This document shows, piece after piece, positions 1-9,128 of a stretch of 26,342 nucleotides of DNA. Source of the DNA: Flavobacteriales bacterium (GTDB lineage: Bacteria > Bacteroidota > Bacteroidia > Flavobacteriales > BACL11). The DNA lies in contig JABGXK010000130.1 of the NCBI GenBank assembly GCA_018675825.1, forward strand, positions 1 to 26,342. Direction: 5' to 3'. The position numbers and the translations under genes are program-made. Under the pieces are notes generated by a model. That model was not told where the DNA came from and did not search any database. It saw only the letters and a list, made by a program, of their open reading frames with translations. Numbering within the stretch: the first letter of the stretch is position 1; each line of letters opens with the position of its first letter.

Positions 1-558
1 AATAAAAATTAGTGTAGAAAGAAAAATTAAGATAGAAATAGGGTCTTTAAATACCATCTCTAATGCCCCCATAATTGACCATTCAATCTCAACCAAGTCA
101 GTCGTCATTCTTGCTGTTAGATCGCCTCTTCTTTTTGAGCCAATAAATGAAAGAGGTAAAGACATTATTTTTCTCTGAAGATCTATTCTAATATCATGAA
201 TTATTCCATTACGAATAGGAGTTAAAAAGAATAATGCTTGATATCTAAAGAGATTTTTTAGAAAAAACATGATTAAAACTAAAATACAGATGAACATTAA
301 AGCTTCTATTTTACCATTACTTTCAACTGTTTTTGTAATAAAAGAATAAAAATGCTCTTTTATAGAACTTGCATTAAATGTGAGTTGTGTAGATTGATAA
401 ACTTTTTCTTGAGTTCCAAATAATATTCCTAAAAATGGAATAACCATTGTTAGTGAAAACAAAGAGAAGAGAACACTAAGTATATTTGAAGTTATATTTA
501 AAAGAACATAAGAACTATAAGGTTTTATGTATCTTAATATTTTTAGAAAATAACGCAT
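1..558 (-). CDS. ABC transporter permease/ATP-binding protein, MsbA-like exporter (N-terminal part; runs off the window)
   Basis: Not in the ORF track. Manual translation from ATG at 558 gives MRYFLKILRYIKPYSSYVLLNITSNILSVLFSLFSLTMVIPFLGILF..., the typical N-terminus of a Bacteroidota ABC exporter TM domain, with further hydrophobic segments towards base 1. A TAnnTTTG box lies just upstream. Confidence 0.8.
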   Translation of the reverse strand, partial: MRYFLKILRYIKPYSSYVLLNITSNILSVLFSLFSLTMVIPFLGILFGTQEKVYQSTQLTFNASSIKEHFYSFITKTVESNGKIEALMFICILVLIMFFLKNLFRYQALFFLTPIRNGIIHDIRIDLQRKIMSLPLSFIGSKRRGDLTARMTTDLVEIEWSIMGALEMVFKDPISILIFLSTLIFI

Positions 559-562
559 AATG

Positions 563-570
563 CAAAGATA
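563..570 (-). promoter_or_regulatory. Bacteroidota sigma70 -7 box (TATCTTTG) for the ABC transporter
   Basis: Exact TAnnTTTG match on the minus strand, 4 nt upstream of the ATG at 558. Confidence 0.65.
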
Positions 571-583
571 TGAAAGGATTGTT

Positions 584-591
584 TACTTTTG
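584..591 (+). promoter_or_regulatory. Bacteroidota -7 box (TACTTTTG) for rbfA
   Basis: Exact TAnnTTTG match 7 nt upstream of the rbfA ATG. Confidence 0.65.
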
Positions 592-598
592 CTAACAT

Positions 599-937
599 AT
601 GGAATCAACAAGACAAAAAAAAGTTGCACGTTTAGTTTTAAAGGAATTATCTCAGATTTTTAATAAGGAGTCAAACAATATTTTAGGACGAATCATGATC
701 AGTGTAACTGCAGTAAGAATTTCTCCAGATTTAGCATATGCCAATGTGTATTTAAGTATTTTTCCTGTAAAAGACCCAATTGATGCTCTTAATAAAATTA
801 AAAAGCAAAGTTCTTTAGTAAGAAAGAAACTTGGAATTATTGTAAGAAATCAACTTAGAATAGTTCCAGAATTAAATTTTTTTATTGATGATTCTGCTGA
901 CTACGCAGAAGAGATAAATCTTTTATTAAAAAAATAG
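599..937 (+). CDS. rbfA: 30S ribosome-binding factor A
   Basis: 112 aa with RbfA motifs (RQKKVARLVLKELS, VTAVRISPDL, LRIVPELNFFIDDS). Confidence 0.95.
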   Translation: MESTRQKKVARLVLKELSQIFNKESNNILGRIMISVTAVRISPDLAYANVYLSIFPVKDPIDALNKIKKQSSLVRKKLGIIVRNQLRIVPELNFFIDDSADYAEEINLLLKK

Positions 938-943
938 AAGTAG

Positions 944-2458
944 ATGAATCTGCCTTTTTTTATTGCGAAACGTTATGGTGATATTAGCTTATTTTCTATA
1001 GTTTATAAGCTTGGAATTATCATTGTTATAGCGGCCTTAATACTAATCCTGTCAGTTTTTAATGAATATTCCATTATGGATATTGTTGAAAGTATATATT
1101 CTAAAGTTGGATTATCTTCCTCATTTTCGAGCTTAGATAATCCTGAAGGAGTTCTAAGTTTAAGAGAGCTATCTCTTAAGCTTTTCCGTTATTCTCTTGC
1201 CTTTTGTCTTCTATTTATTCAGGTTTTCTTTCTAGTTTCATTAATATTACTTCTTTATAAAATTATTTTTTTTGAAATAAAAAAGATAATTGAAAAAGGC
1301 TATGTTGGCTTAGTATCTATGGTCTCTCAGTTTGGAATAGCTGTTGGAACTGCTGCTTTAATATTAATCTTGTCAGTTTTTAATGGTTTTGAAGACCTTG
1401 TATTAAACATGTATAATGTTTTTGATCCTCATCTAAAAGTTACAAGTCATGAGGGTAAAAACTTTGGTCAAGATAAATGTTTAGAGATTATCACTACACA
1501 AAATGGAATCAATGTAATTTCTTCTGTTTTGGAAGAGAAAGTGTTATTAGAATATGATAATCGGCAATATATAGCAACAATTAAAGGAGTTGATCAAAAC
1601 TATAATAGATTAATAAATTTTGACTCCATCTTAGTTACAGGAAACTATATAAGTGGTTATTCAGATGATCAAGTTGCAGTTGTTGGAAGGGGCATTGCAT
1701 ATTATTTATCTATGAATATTGGTTCTGTATTTGATAAGCTTACAGTATACTTACCTAATAGAGAGGCTAATAATTTGTTAAAGATTGATGGCGCATTTAA
1801 AAGATCATCATTATTACCAGTAGGTGTTTTTGGAGTTCAACAAGAAATTGATTCAAAGTATATAGTTACACCAATTACTTTTGTTCAGAATTTAATTAAC
1901 AAAAGTAATACCGTCTCAGCATTTGAAATTAAACTAGATGATACAGCAGACATGTTTAAGATTCAAAGATCTTTAAGTAATAAATTGGGAAAAAATTACA
2001 TCGTTACTAATAGATTTGAACAACAAGAGTTTTTATATAAAATTCTCAGTACAGAAAAATTAGTTGTTTTCTTAATATTACTTTTTATCATTATTATCTC
2101 ATCATTTAATATACTTGGTTCTTTAACTATTCTAATTATTGATAAAAAAAATGATATTAGAAGTTTAGTTAACTTAGGTCTTAGCAACAATGAACTTAAA
2201 AATATTTTCTTTTATAAAAGCATTTTAGGAGTTTTTTCAGGAAGTTTAATAGGCCTTCTTATTGGTTCTTTTATAGCTTTTTTACAACAAAAATTTGGAT
2301 TTATAACAATGGGAGAGGGTAGTTTTGTTATTGATTCTTATCCAGTAATTATTTTATTTAAAGATATGATGACTGTTGAGCTAGTAGTTATATTGATTGG
2401 TTTATTAGCATCATGGTTGCCTTCCAGAATCATTATAAATAAATATTTAAGTAACTAG
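944..2458 (+). CDS. FtsX/LolC-LolE family ABC permease with about 107 extra N-terminal residues
   Basis: MNLPFFIAKRY start, GTAALILILSVFNGF TM1, large periplasmic domain, C-terminal FtsX-type TM region (KKNDIRSLVNLG, DSYPV). Longer than the usual ~400 aa because of a duplicated TM1. Confidence 0.85.
   Translation: MNLPFFIAKRYGDISLFSIVYKLGIIIVIAALILILSVFNEYSIMDIVESIYSKVGLSSSFSSLDNPEGVLSLRELSLKLFRYSLAFCLLFIQVFFLVSLILLLYKIIFFEIKKIIEKGYVGLVSMVSQFGIAVGTAALILILSVFNGFEDLVLNMYNVFDPHLKVTSHEGKNFGQDKCLEIITTQNGINVISSVLEEKVLLEYDNRQYIATIKGVDQNYNRLINFDSILVTGNYISGYSDDQVAVVGRGIAYYLSMNIGSVFDKLTVYLPNREANNLLKIDGAFKRSSLLPVGVFGVQQEIDSKYIVTPITFVQNLINKSNTVSAFEIKLDDTADMFKIQRSLSNKLGKNYIVTNRFEQQEFLYKILSTEKLVVFLILLFIIIISSFNILGSLTILIIDKKNDIRSLVNLGLSNNELKNIFFYKSILGVFSGSLIGLLIGSFIAFLQQKFGFITMGEGSFVIDSYPVIILFKDMMTVELVVILIGLLASWLPSRIIINKYLSN
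977..1384 (+). repeat. Internal diverged direct repeat encoding a duplicated TM1 (copies at 977-1063 and 1298-1384)
   Basis: GDISLFSIVYKLGIIIVIAALILILSVFN vs GYVGLVSMVSQFGIAVGTAALILILSVFN: gapless, 17/29 identical, 321 nt apart. Confidence 0.85.
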
Positions 2459-3441
2459 TATTTGATAAACTTTTCTTGTACTTCTTTTAGAATTTTTAAA
2501 ACCTCATCCTCTGAACTTGAGGTAACCATTCTTGTTCTATATTCTTTAAAGTTTGGTATAGCTTTAAAGTAACTACTATAATGTCTTTTCATCTCAGCAA
2601 TACCTACTCTTTCACCTTTCCAGGTAATGGAATGTTTAAGGTGTTGTTTACATACTCTTACTCTTTCCTGAATATTAGGTTTTTCTAAAAATGTATTTGT
2701 CTTAAGGAAGTGTTTAATTTCATTAAAAATCCAAGGGTAGCCAATTGCCCCTCTACCAATCATTACTCCATCTACACCATATCTATCTCTTACTTGTTTT
2801 ACTTTTTCAGGAGTATCAACATCTCCATTTCCAAATACTGGTATTCTCATCTTAGGGTTATTCTTTACTTCACCAATTAGCGTCCAATCTGCTTCTCCCT
2901 TATACATTTGTTTTCTTGTTCTACCATGAATTGAGATTGCTTGAATCCCAACATCTTGTAATCTCTCAGCTACCTCAACTATATATTTAGAATCTTCATC
3001 CCAACCTAATCTTGTTTTTACTGTTACAGGTATTTTTGTTGATTGTACGATTTCTTTAGTCATAGTAATCATTTTTGGAATATCTTTTAGAATTCCAGCT
3101 CCAGCTCCTTTATTTGCAACTTTTTTGACTGGACATCCATAATTGATATCAATAAATTCTGGGTTTTCTCTAGCACATATTTCAGTTGCTTGACGCATTG
3201 AGGAAATTTCATTTCCAAATATTTGAATTCCAATAGGTCTTTCAAAATCATAGATGTCCAGTTTCTGTGTACTTTTTAATGCATCTCTAATTAAACCTTC
3301 GGAAGAAATAAACTCAGTATACATTACGTCAGCACCATTTTCCTTACAAAGAGCTCTAAATGGCGGGTCGCTAACATCTTCCATTGGAGCTAATAGGAGG
3401 GGGAATTCTCCTATATCAATATTTCCTATCTTTACACCCAT
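2455..3441 (-). CDS. dusB: tRNA-dihydrouridine synthase DusB
   Basis: LAPMEDVSD, IGIQIFG, DINYGCPVKKV, HGRT and VMIGRG motifs of the Dus family. Confidence 0.93.
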   Translation of the reverse strand: MGVKIGNIDIGEFPLLLAPMEDVSDPPFRALCKENGADVMYTEFISSEGLIRDALKSTQKLDIYDFERPIGIQIFGNEISSMRQATEICARENPEFIDINYGCPVKKVANKGAGAGILKDIPKMITMTKEIVQSTKIPVTVKTRLGWDEDSKYIVEVAERLQDVGIQAISIHGRTRKQMYKGEADWTLIGEVKNNPKMRIPVFGNGDVDTPEKVKQVRDRYGVDGVMIGRGAIGYPWIFNEIKHFLKTNTFLEKPNIQERVRVCKQHLKHSITWKGERVGIAEMKRHYSSYFKAIPNFKEYRTRMVTSSSEDEVLKILKEVQEKFIKY

Positions 3442-3463
3442 AATATCTGCTAAAATAATAATA

Positions 3464-4366
3464 TTGACTTTAAAGGGCTATTTTTCAAATACACATCTAT
3501 TATCAAAATTTTTCTTATTATTTGGTTTGATTATTATTTCTTATATAATTCATACTTTACTTGCCATTTTTACCGTTTATTTATCATTTGAAGATGGAGT
3601 TAATCTTTGCTTTCCTCCATATGATCTTTCTTCAGTTGTATCTGTTAATGTTGCAAAGATCATACAGTTTTTAGGATCAATTGGATTTTTCATAACACCA
3701 ATACTGATATATGGATATTTAGTGAATTTTGAGTTTAATTTTAAAAAATCAATTAGTAGACAATCAATATTAATTGTTTTGGTAATCATGGTTTTAATTA
3801 CCCCACTAGTATCATTTTTATTAGAGTGGAATATGGCAATTAATGTTCCTGATTGGATATCAGAATATGACAAGAAATCTGATGATATAGTTTTAGCATT
3901 TTTGAAAATGAATAATTACTGGGATTTAGTATTTAATATAATAATTTTGGCAATTATACCAGCTATTGGTGAAGAGCTTTTATTTAGGGGTTTATTACAA
4001 CAATCTTTAATTAAAAAGATAGGTGATATTCATATTGCAATTTTTATTACAGCTTTGATTTTTAGTGCTTTTCATCTACATTTTAGTGGACTATTTCCTA
4101 GAATTTTATTAGGACTAGTTTTGGGATACCTTTTTTATTGGAGTAAATCTTTATGGATACCTATTATTGCTCATTTTTTAAATAATGCAATGTTTGTTGT
4201 TGTATCATATCCAAATTTTAAATCTTTTAATTTTATTCAAAATGATCAACATTTAGATTCATCCATTGTTAATGATACTAGCATTTATCTTGCTTTTTTT
4301 AGTTTTATATCCGTTATGTTATTAATGTTTCTTTTTTATAAAAATTCAAGAATAAAAAAAGATTAA
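3464..4366 (+). CDS. CPBP (CAAX/Abi/Rce1-like) intramembrane glutamic endopeptidase
   Basis: EELLFRG, FSAFH and AHFLNN motifs and multiple TM helices. The track start (3254) overlaps dusB antisense, so the in-frame TTG at 3464 is the more plausible start. Confidence 0.85.
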   Translation: MTLKGYFSNTHLLSKFFLLFGLIIISYIIHTLLAIFTVYLSFEDGVNLCFPPYDLSSVVSVNVAKIIQFLGSIGFFITPILIYGYLVNFEFNFKKSISRQSILIVLVIMVLITPLVSFLLEWNMAINVPDWISEYDKKSDDIVLAFLKMNNYWDLVFNIIILAIIPAIGEELLFRGLLQQSLIKKIGDIHIAIFITALIFSAFHLHFSGLFPRILLGLVLGYLFYWSKSLWIPIIAHFLNNAMFVVVSYPNFKSFNFIQNDQHLDSSIVNDTSIYLAFFSFISVMLLMFLFYKNSRIKKD

Positions 4367-4386
4367 CAAATTTGTTAATCTTTTTT
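4355..4386. terminator. Probable bidirectional intrinsic terminator (perfect 32-bp palindrome)
   Basis: AAAAAAGATTAACAAATTTGTTAATCTTTTTT is its own reverse complement, gives a T6 tract on both strands, and lies between convergent CPBP and exbD genes. Confidence 0.6.
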
Positions 4387-4407
4387 ACTAGTTATATTTT
4401 ATTGATT

Positions 4408-4875
4408 TTAGTATTCTCCTTTTATTGTAGAATAATTAATTTTTAATGCGTTAGCTTTTCTTAATTCTTGTTTAACGTCAGTTATAATTCCCATTTTTAC
4501 AGTCTCATCAGCTTTAATTGAAGTAGTCATATAAGGAACTTCTTTTTCATCCTTAGCTTCTCTTTCTGTTGCAATGAACTCTTGAATTTCACCTACATTT
4601 GCAAATGCATCATTTAATTGTATTCTAGAAGCAGTTCCATATGAAGCTTGCATTCTCTTAACAGGCGATCCAATATAAATATAGCTAACTAGAGATTTTT
4701 TTTCCAATTTCTTAATTTCAGTTGCCTTAGGAGTTTGTATTGATACAAATAGTGTAGTTTCTCTCATGACTGTGGTAACCATAAAAAAGAATAAAAGCAT
4801 AAAAACAATATCTGGCAAAGATGCTGTAGATATGGCAGGCATACCTTTTCCTCCGTCTTTTTTAAATTTACTCAT
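4408..4875 (-). CDS. exbD: Biopolymer transporter ExbD/TolR family protein
   Basis: SLPDIVFMLLFFFMVTT TM with conserved Asp; C-terminal IKADET...ITDVKQELRKA. Confidence 0.9.
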   Translation of the reverse strand: MSKFKKDGGKGMPAISTASLPDIVFMLLFFFMVTTVMRETTLFVSIQTPKATEIKKLEKKSLVSYIYIGSPVKRMQASYGTASRIQLNDAFANVGEIQEFIATEREAKDEKEVPYMTTSIKADETVKMGIITDVKQELRKANALKINYSTIKGEY

Positions 4876-5426
4876 TATGAATTTCCTCCGATATTTTTTG
4901 GTTCAGCCTCAGATATTTTCTGTGGGTACATTGTTCTAATTTCTTTTTTCTCTGTTTTATTTAGATCTATATATCTTTCTCCAAACATATTAAGAGCTGA
5001 GTTGTTTCTTAATTCATTATATGCTGCGGCTAATTCATTTTGCACTCTTATATACATCTTGTATGAAGTTCCTCTATCATTTTGTAAGGAGATTATAGCT
5101 TTTTCAGGGTTTTCAGAAAGATTTTCTCTTACCCCATTGTTGTCAATGAATTTTTTAGCGCCTTCTTTTAGTTGAGATATATCCATTAATTCTCCTTCAA
5201 CTAACAGTTGGTTACTAGAGTTAATAAGAACAACATAAATATTTCTTGCGTTTATTTGAGAATCATCTTCTGGCTGATCTTCATCAGGCATTGGCGGAAG
5301 CTTTCTAGCTATACCAGTATCTATATCCATAGTTGTAGTAACAAGAAAGAAGATTAATAGCAGGAATGCAATATCTGCCATAGATCCAGCATTGATTTCT
5401 GGTAACCCTCTTCTTTTGCTAGCCAT
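4875..5426 (-). CDS. exbD: Biopolymer transporter ExbD/TolR family protein
   Basis: PEINAGSMADIAFLLLIFFLVTT motif. Confidence 0.9.
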   Translation of the reverse strand: MASKRRGLPEINAGSMADIAFLLLIFFLVTTTMDIDTGIARKLPPMPDEDQPEDDSQINARNIYVVLINSSNQLLVEGELMDISQLKEGAKKFIDNNGVRENLSENPEKAIISLQNDRGTSYKMYIRVQNELAAAYNELRNNSALNMFGERYIDLNKTEKKEIRTMYPQKISEAEPKNIGGNS

Positions 5427-5773
5427 TATTTGCTTAATACTTTTGAGATTTCAGCATATATTACAGAACCTATAGCTGCTGCTGCTAATATGTAAAACAT
5501 AATTATTCCCATACCAACAGCTACTACTTGCTTCACGCTCATTTTGTATTTTAAAGATTCAGCAAGTGTTTCCTCATAAACATCATAATGCAATTTTCTA
5601 GATATGAAATATGATGCAACACCTATAACTATTACTGCTAAAATTTGAAAAAGAGTTTTTTTGGCATTTTTAGGGTTAGAAATCATGTTTATAATAGCAT
5701 ATACAAGTATAATTATGATAGCAACACCTAACATAGCCCAGAAAAGATAAATTCCTACATCAATTATATCCAT
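5426..5773 (-). CDS. Hypothetical 3-TM membrane protein of the conserved Bacteroidota ExbB-hyp-ExbD-ExbD operon
   Basis: 115 aa, three hydrophobic segments, tightly packed between exbB and exbD. Confidence 0.8.
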   Translation of the reverse strand: MDIIDVGIYLFWAMLGVAIIIILVYAIINMISNPKNAKKTLFQILAVIVIGVASYFISRKLHYDVYEETLAESLKYKMSVKQVVAVGMGIIMFYILAAAAIGSVIYAEISKVLSK

Positions 5774-5775
5774 AT

Positions 5776-6570
5776 TTATTTGTTTTTAACTAGTAAGTCA
5801 ATTAATGCGATAGATGCATCTTCCATTGAATTGGTAATTGAATCAATTTTAGCAATTAAGTAATTATAAAAAACTTGAAGGATCATAGCTACTATTAATC
5901 CAAAAACCGTTGTTAATAATGCAACCTTAATACCACCAGCTACAAGTGATGGAGAAATATCTCCTGCTGCCTCAATAGCATCAAATGCTCCGATCATACC
6001 AATTACAGTACCCATAAATCCTAGCATTGGAGCTAGAGCAATAAATAATGAAATCCATGATAATCCTTTTTCTAATAAACCCATTTGAACGCTTCCATAT
6101 GAAATAATAGATTTCTCAACCATATCTATTCCTTCGTTTGATCTATCTAATCCCTGATAAAATATTGATGCTACAGGTCCCTTTGTATTCCTACATACTT
6201 CTTTTGCAGCATCTACTCCGCCATTTTGCATAGCATTTTCTACATTAAGTAGTAGTTTATCTGTATTTGTAGTTGCAAGATTTAGATATATGATTCTTTC
6301 AATACATAGGGCTAATCCTAAAATTAAACAAATAAGAACAATACCCATAAATCCAGGGCCTCCTTGAATAAATTTTTCTTTAATAATTTGATGGAATGAT
6401 TGAGACTCAGTTTGAGTGTCTTCATTTGTAGCATAGTTATCTAAACTTTTAATCGACTCAACTGTATCTACGCTTGATGTATCTAATATACTGTCTGATT
6501 GGGCATTAGTAGTATAGTTTCCTATAAATAATAAGCTAAATAAAGTAATTAGTAAAATTATATTTTTCAT
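5776..6570 (-). CDS. exbB: MotA/TolQ/ExbB proton channel family protein with N-terminal signal peptide
   Basis: APMLGFMGTVIGMIGAF and GGIKVALLTTVFGL motifs. Confidence 0.9.
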   Translation of the reverse strand: MKNIILLITLFSLLFIGNYTTNAQSDSILDTSSVDTVESIKSLDNYATNEDTQTESQSFHQIIKEKFIQGGPGFMGIVLICLILGLALCIERIIYLNLATTNTDKLLLNVENAMQNGGVDAAKEVCRNTKGPVASIFYQGLDRSNEGIDMVEKSIISYGSVQMGLLEKGLSWISLFIALAPMLGFMGTVIGMIGAFDAIEAAGDISPSLVAGGIKVALLTTVFGLIVAMILQVFYNYLIAKIDSITNSMEDASIALIDLLVKNK

Positions 6571-6597
6571 TTTCTTTTTTGTTTAATTTAAGATCCG

Positions 6598-6605
6598 CAA
6601 ATTTA
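6598..6605 (-). promoter_or_regulatory. -7 box (TAAATTTG) for the exbB operon
   Basis: Exact TAnnTTTG match in the 43-bp gap between sodA and exbB. Confidence 0.6.
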
Positions 6606-6613
6606 TAAAAATA

Positions 6614-7213
6614 TTATAAAGCTTCTAAATATAGCTTGTTAACTTTTCTCCAATTAATTACATTAAAGAATGAATTAATATAGTCAGGCCGTTTGTTTTG
6701 ATAATTTAGATAGTAAGCATGCTCCCATACATCAAGACACAGAATAGGTTTTCCGCCACAACCTTCTTGCATTAATGGGTTGTCTTGGTTGGCTGTTGAA
6801 CAAATCGACAATTCTCCATTATTAACACATAGCCATGCCCATCCAGATCCAAATCTAGTTGCAGCAGCTTTTGAAAATTCAGCTTTAAATTTCTCAAAAT
6901 CACCATATTTTCTTACAATAGCACTTCCAACTTCATTCGTTGGTTCTCCACCACCATTTGGAGTCATAATCTGCCAAAAAAGTTGGTGATTATAAAACCC
7001 ACCACCATTATTTCTAACTGCCCCACTAAGTCCTTCCGATTTACATATCTCTTCAATAGTTTTACCTTCGAGTTCTGTTCCTTCTATAGCGTTATTTAGA
7101 TTGTTTGTATATCCATTATGATGCTTTGAATGGTGGATTTCCATAGTTTTTGCATCAATATTTGGTTCTAACGCATTATATGCATATTCTAGTTCTGGTA
7201 ATTCGAATTTCAT
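6614..7213 (-). CDS. sodA: Superoxide dismutase, Fe/Mn family (Mn-type signature)
   Basis: [22 protein letters not shown] and DVWEHAYY. The GGG and NQD pattern is typical of MnSOD; metal preference is an inference. Confidence 0.92.
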   Translation of the reverse strand: MKFELPELEYAYNALEPNIDAKTMEIHHSKHHNGYTNNLNNAIEGTELEGKTIEEICKSEGLSGAVRNNGGGFYNHQLFWQIMTPNGGGEPTNEVGSAIVRKYGDFEKFKAEFSKAAATRFGSGWAWLCVNNGELSICSTANQDNPLMQEGCGGKPILCLDVWEHAYYLNYQNKRPDYINSFFNVINWRKVNKLYLEAL

Positions 7214-7225
7214 GATATTTTTTTA

Positions 7226-8059
7226 TTAAATTAATATTTGCCATGCTTCCATTGCTTTTCCCTTGGCAATTAGTTTTTTTGCTAAAGTATGTTTTTCTTC
7301 TCTTTTTAAAGGTATTGTATTATCATTTTTTTTATTTGGAATAGATTCAATAGATGCTAGTATTGCAAGGTCACTTCCAGAAAGTATATTACTCGTTAAA
7401 ATATCTTTAGGTAAATTATCAATTCCAATTCCAATTCTTGATATAGGTTTAATTATTTTATAAATACTATTTTCATTTGTTTTACCATACCAATTAGAAC
7501 CTAATCTTGAGACTATATCTAATTTTAAAGGATCAATATTTCCTTGTTCATCTAAAATATTTCCATTAATATGGATTTTTAAAACTTCACAGATAATAAG
7601 GTTTCCTGAGCCTCCATGATCTCCTAATTCAGTTATTGTATTTACTCTACATTCAAAATTCACAGGAGATTCTTTTATAAGATAAGGCTGGATACATGTT
7701 GCTTTTATTTTACTAAAACCTGCTTTTTTAAACTCATCTTCATCTGCAGAGTAGCCACTTGATGCTAATGATACTTGTTGAGCAATATTCTGATTTACCA
7801 ATGCTATTACACATTCTTTGACTTGAGTAATATTGTTAAGAGTATCTTTTCGTGTGTTATCTCTAACTCTATTAACTGGAGAAAAAATTAAAATTGGAGG
7901 CTTAATAGAGAAAACATTAAAAAAAGAAAAAGGGCTTAAATTGCTATTTCCCTCTTTATCAACAGTGCTTACTAATGCAATAGGACGTGGAGTTATTGAA
8001 GAGGTTAAATATTGATACAGTTCTTTGGTGCTAATTGAATTTACATCTATTTCTTTCAT
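7226..8059 (-). CDS. Flavin reductase-like FMN-binding split-barrel protein
   Basis: PRPIALVST, NLSPFSFFN, KDTLNNI, ESPVNFEC and SRLG motifs. Confidence 0.85.
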   Translation of the reverse strand: MKEIDVNSISTKELYQYLTSSITPRPIALVSTVDKEGNSNLSPFSFFNVFSIKPPILIFSPVNRVRDNTRKDTLNNITQVKECVIALVNQNIAQQVSLASSGYSADEDEFKKAGFSKIKATCIQPYLIKESPVNFECRVNTITELGDHGGSGNLIICEVLKIHINGNILDEQGNIDPLKLDIVSRLGSNWYGKTNENSIYKIIKPISRIGIGIDNLPKDILTSNILSGSDLAILASIESIPNKKNDNTIPLKREEKHTLAKKLIAKGKAMEAWQILI

Positions 8060-8062
8060 ATT

Positions 8063-9040
8063 TTAGATAGTTGAATAGTTAGAATTATTTGCAATAATTT
8101 TATTAGATATTTTCCCTAATCCATCAATTTCCATCTCGACAAGGTCTCCTTCTTTTAACCATCTTTCTTTATAATTAGGATTTGTAAGTTTCTGAGTTCC
8201 GTTTAATTCTAAAAAACATCCTGTGCCAACAGTTCCAGATCCAATAACATCCCCTGGATATAATGTAACTCCATATGAAGCTCTTTCAATGATTTGTCCA
8301 AATGTCCAATTCATATCTTTACTGTTACCTTCAGATAATAATTCTCCATTTACAGAACAGGACATTTTAAGATTATATCTATTGCCTTTGTTTTCTTTTC
8401 CTTTAATTAAATTTTCTAATATTTCATCTGGAGTTACAAGAAAAGGTCCTAGTACGGATGCAAAATCCTTTCCTTTGGCTGGGCCTAAATTTAATTTCAT
8501 TTCTTTAATCTGAAGATCTCTAGCGCTTATATCATTTAGGATCATATATCCAGCAATATATTCATCAGCATCATTAGCTAATATATTTGAACCTTTTTTA
8601 CCAATAAGAATTGCAATCTCTAGTTCATAATCTAATTTATTAAAGTGACTAGGCATACATACGACATCTTCATTTGGACCATGAATTGAATTATGATTAC
8701 TAAAATAAAATACTGGAAACTGATCAAACTCTTTAATCATATCAACACCACGGTTTCTTCTTGATGTTTCAACGTGCTGCTTAAAAGCATATGCATCCCT
8801 AAATGAGTTTGGCTTAGGAATTGGAGATAAGAGACTTACCTCATCTAATTTGTGTTTGGCTAACTTACCACCACCTACTTCCTTTAATACTTTATCTTTC
8901 CATTCGGATATTTGAATAAGCTCAATTAAAGAAATATTACCAAAAGCAGTATTTAAATTTATAATTATATCCTTATCTAATAAACCAATCAACTCTTGAT
9001 TACTATTAGGTATTTTATATGTGCTTAATATCATATACAT
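8063..9040 (-). CDS. fahA: Fumarylacetoacetate hydrolase family protein (probable fumarylacetoacetase)
   Basis: DYELEIA, NDISARD, KGKDF and GDVIGSGT motifs; divergent from hmgA. The second ATG at 9034 fits the promoter spacing better. Confidence 0.85.
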   Translation of the reverse strand: MYMILSTYKIPNSNQELIGLLDKDIIINLNTAFGNISLIELIQISEWKDKVLKEVGGGKLAKHKLDEVSLLSPIPKPNSFRDAYAFKQHVETSRRNRGVDMIKEFDQFPVFYFSNHNSIHGPNEDVVCMPSHFNKLDYELEIAILIGKKGSNILANDADEYIAGYMILNDISARDLQIKEMKLNLGPAKGKDFASVLGPFLVTPDEILENLIKGKENKGNRYNLKMSCSVNGELLSEGNSKDMNWTFGQIIERASYGVTLYPGDVIGSGTVGTGCFLELNGTQKLTNPNYKERWLKEGDLVEMEIDGLGKISNKIIANNSNYSTI

Positions 9041-9041
9041 G

Positions 9042-9049
9042 CAAAGCTA
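9042..9049 (-). promoter_or_regulatory. -7 box (TAGCTTTG) for the FAH / flavin reductase / sod unit
   Basis: Exact TAnnTTTG match, 1 nt before ATG 9040 and 7 nt before ATG 9034. Confidence 0.6.
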
Positions 9050-9105
9050 ATATTTTTAATTTTGTGTAATAAAATTACTTTGCTTTTGTTTTTCTTTAGA
9101 TATAT

Positions 9106-9113
9106 TATATTTG
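9106..9113 (+). promoter_or_regulatory. -7 box (TATATTTG) for hmgA-hppD-bcp
   Basis: Exact match 15 nt upstream of the hmgA ATG, with a TTTG at 9085-9088 as a possible -33 element. Confidence 0.6.
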
Positions 9114-9128
9114 TATAAATAAAAAATT

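Noticed and set aside
3254-3463. N-terminal 70 codons of the 370-aa ORF in the track
   Set aside because: Mostly antisense to the dusB 5' end and not protein-like; TTG 3464 gives a normal CPBP protein.
9041-9083. Imperfect inverted repeat (gcaaag...taatttt-gtgtaat-aaaatta-ctttgc) in the FAH/hmgA divergent promoter as a possible operator
   Set aside because: Arms are short, interrupted and AT-rich, and one arm is the promoter box itself. It cannot be separated from chance without orthologous promoters.
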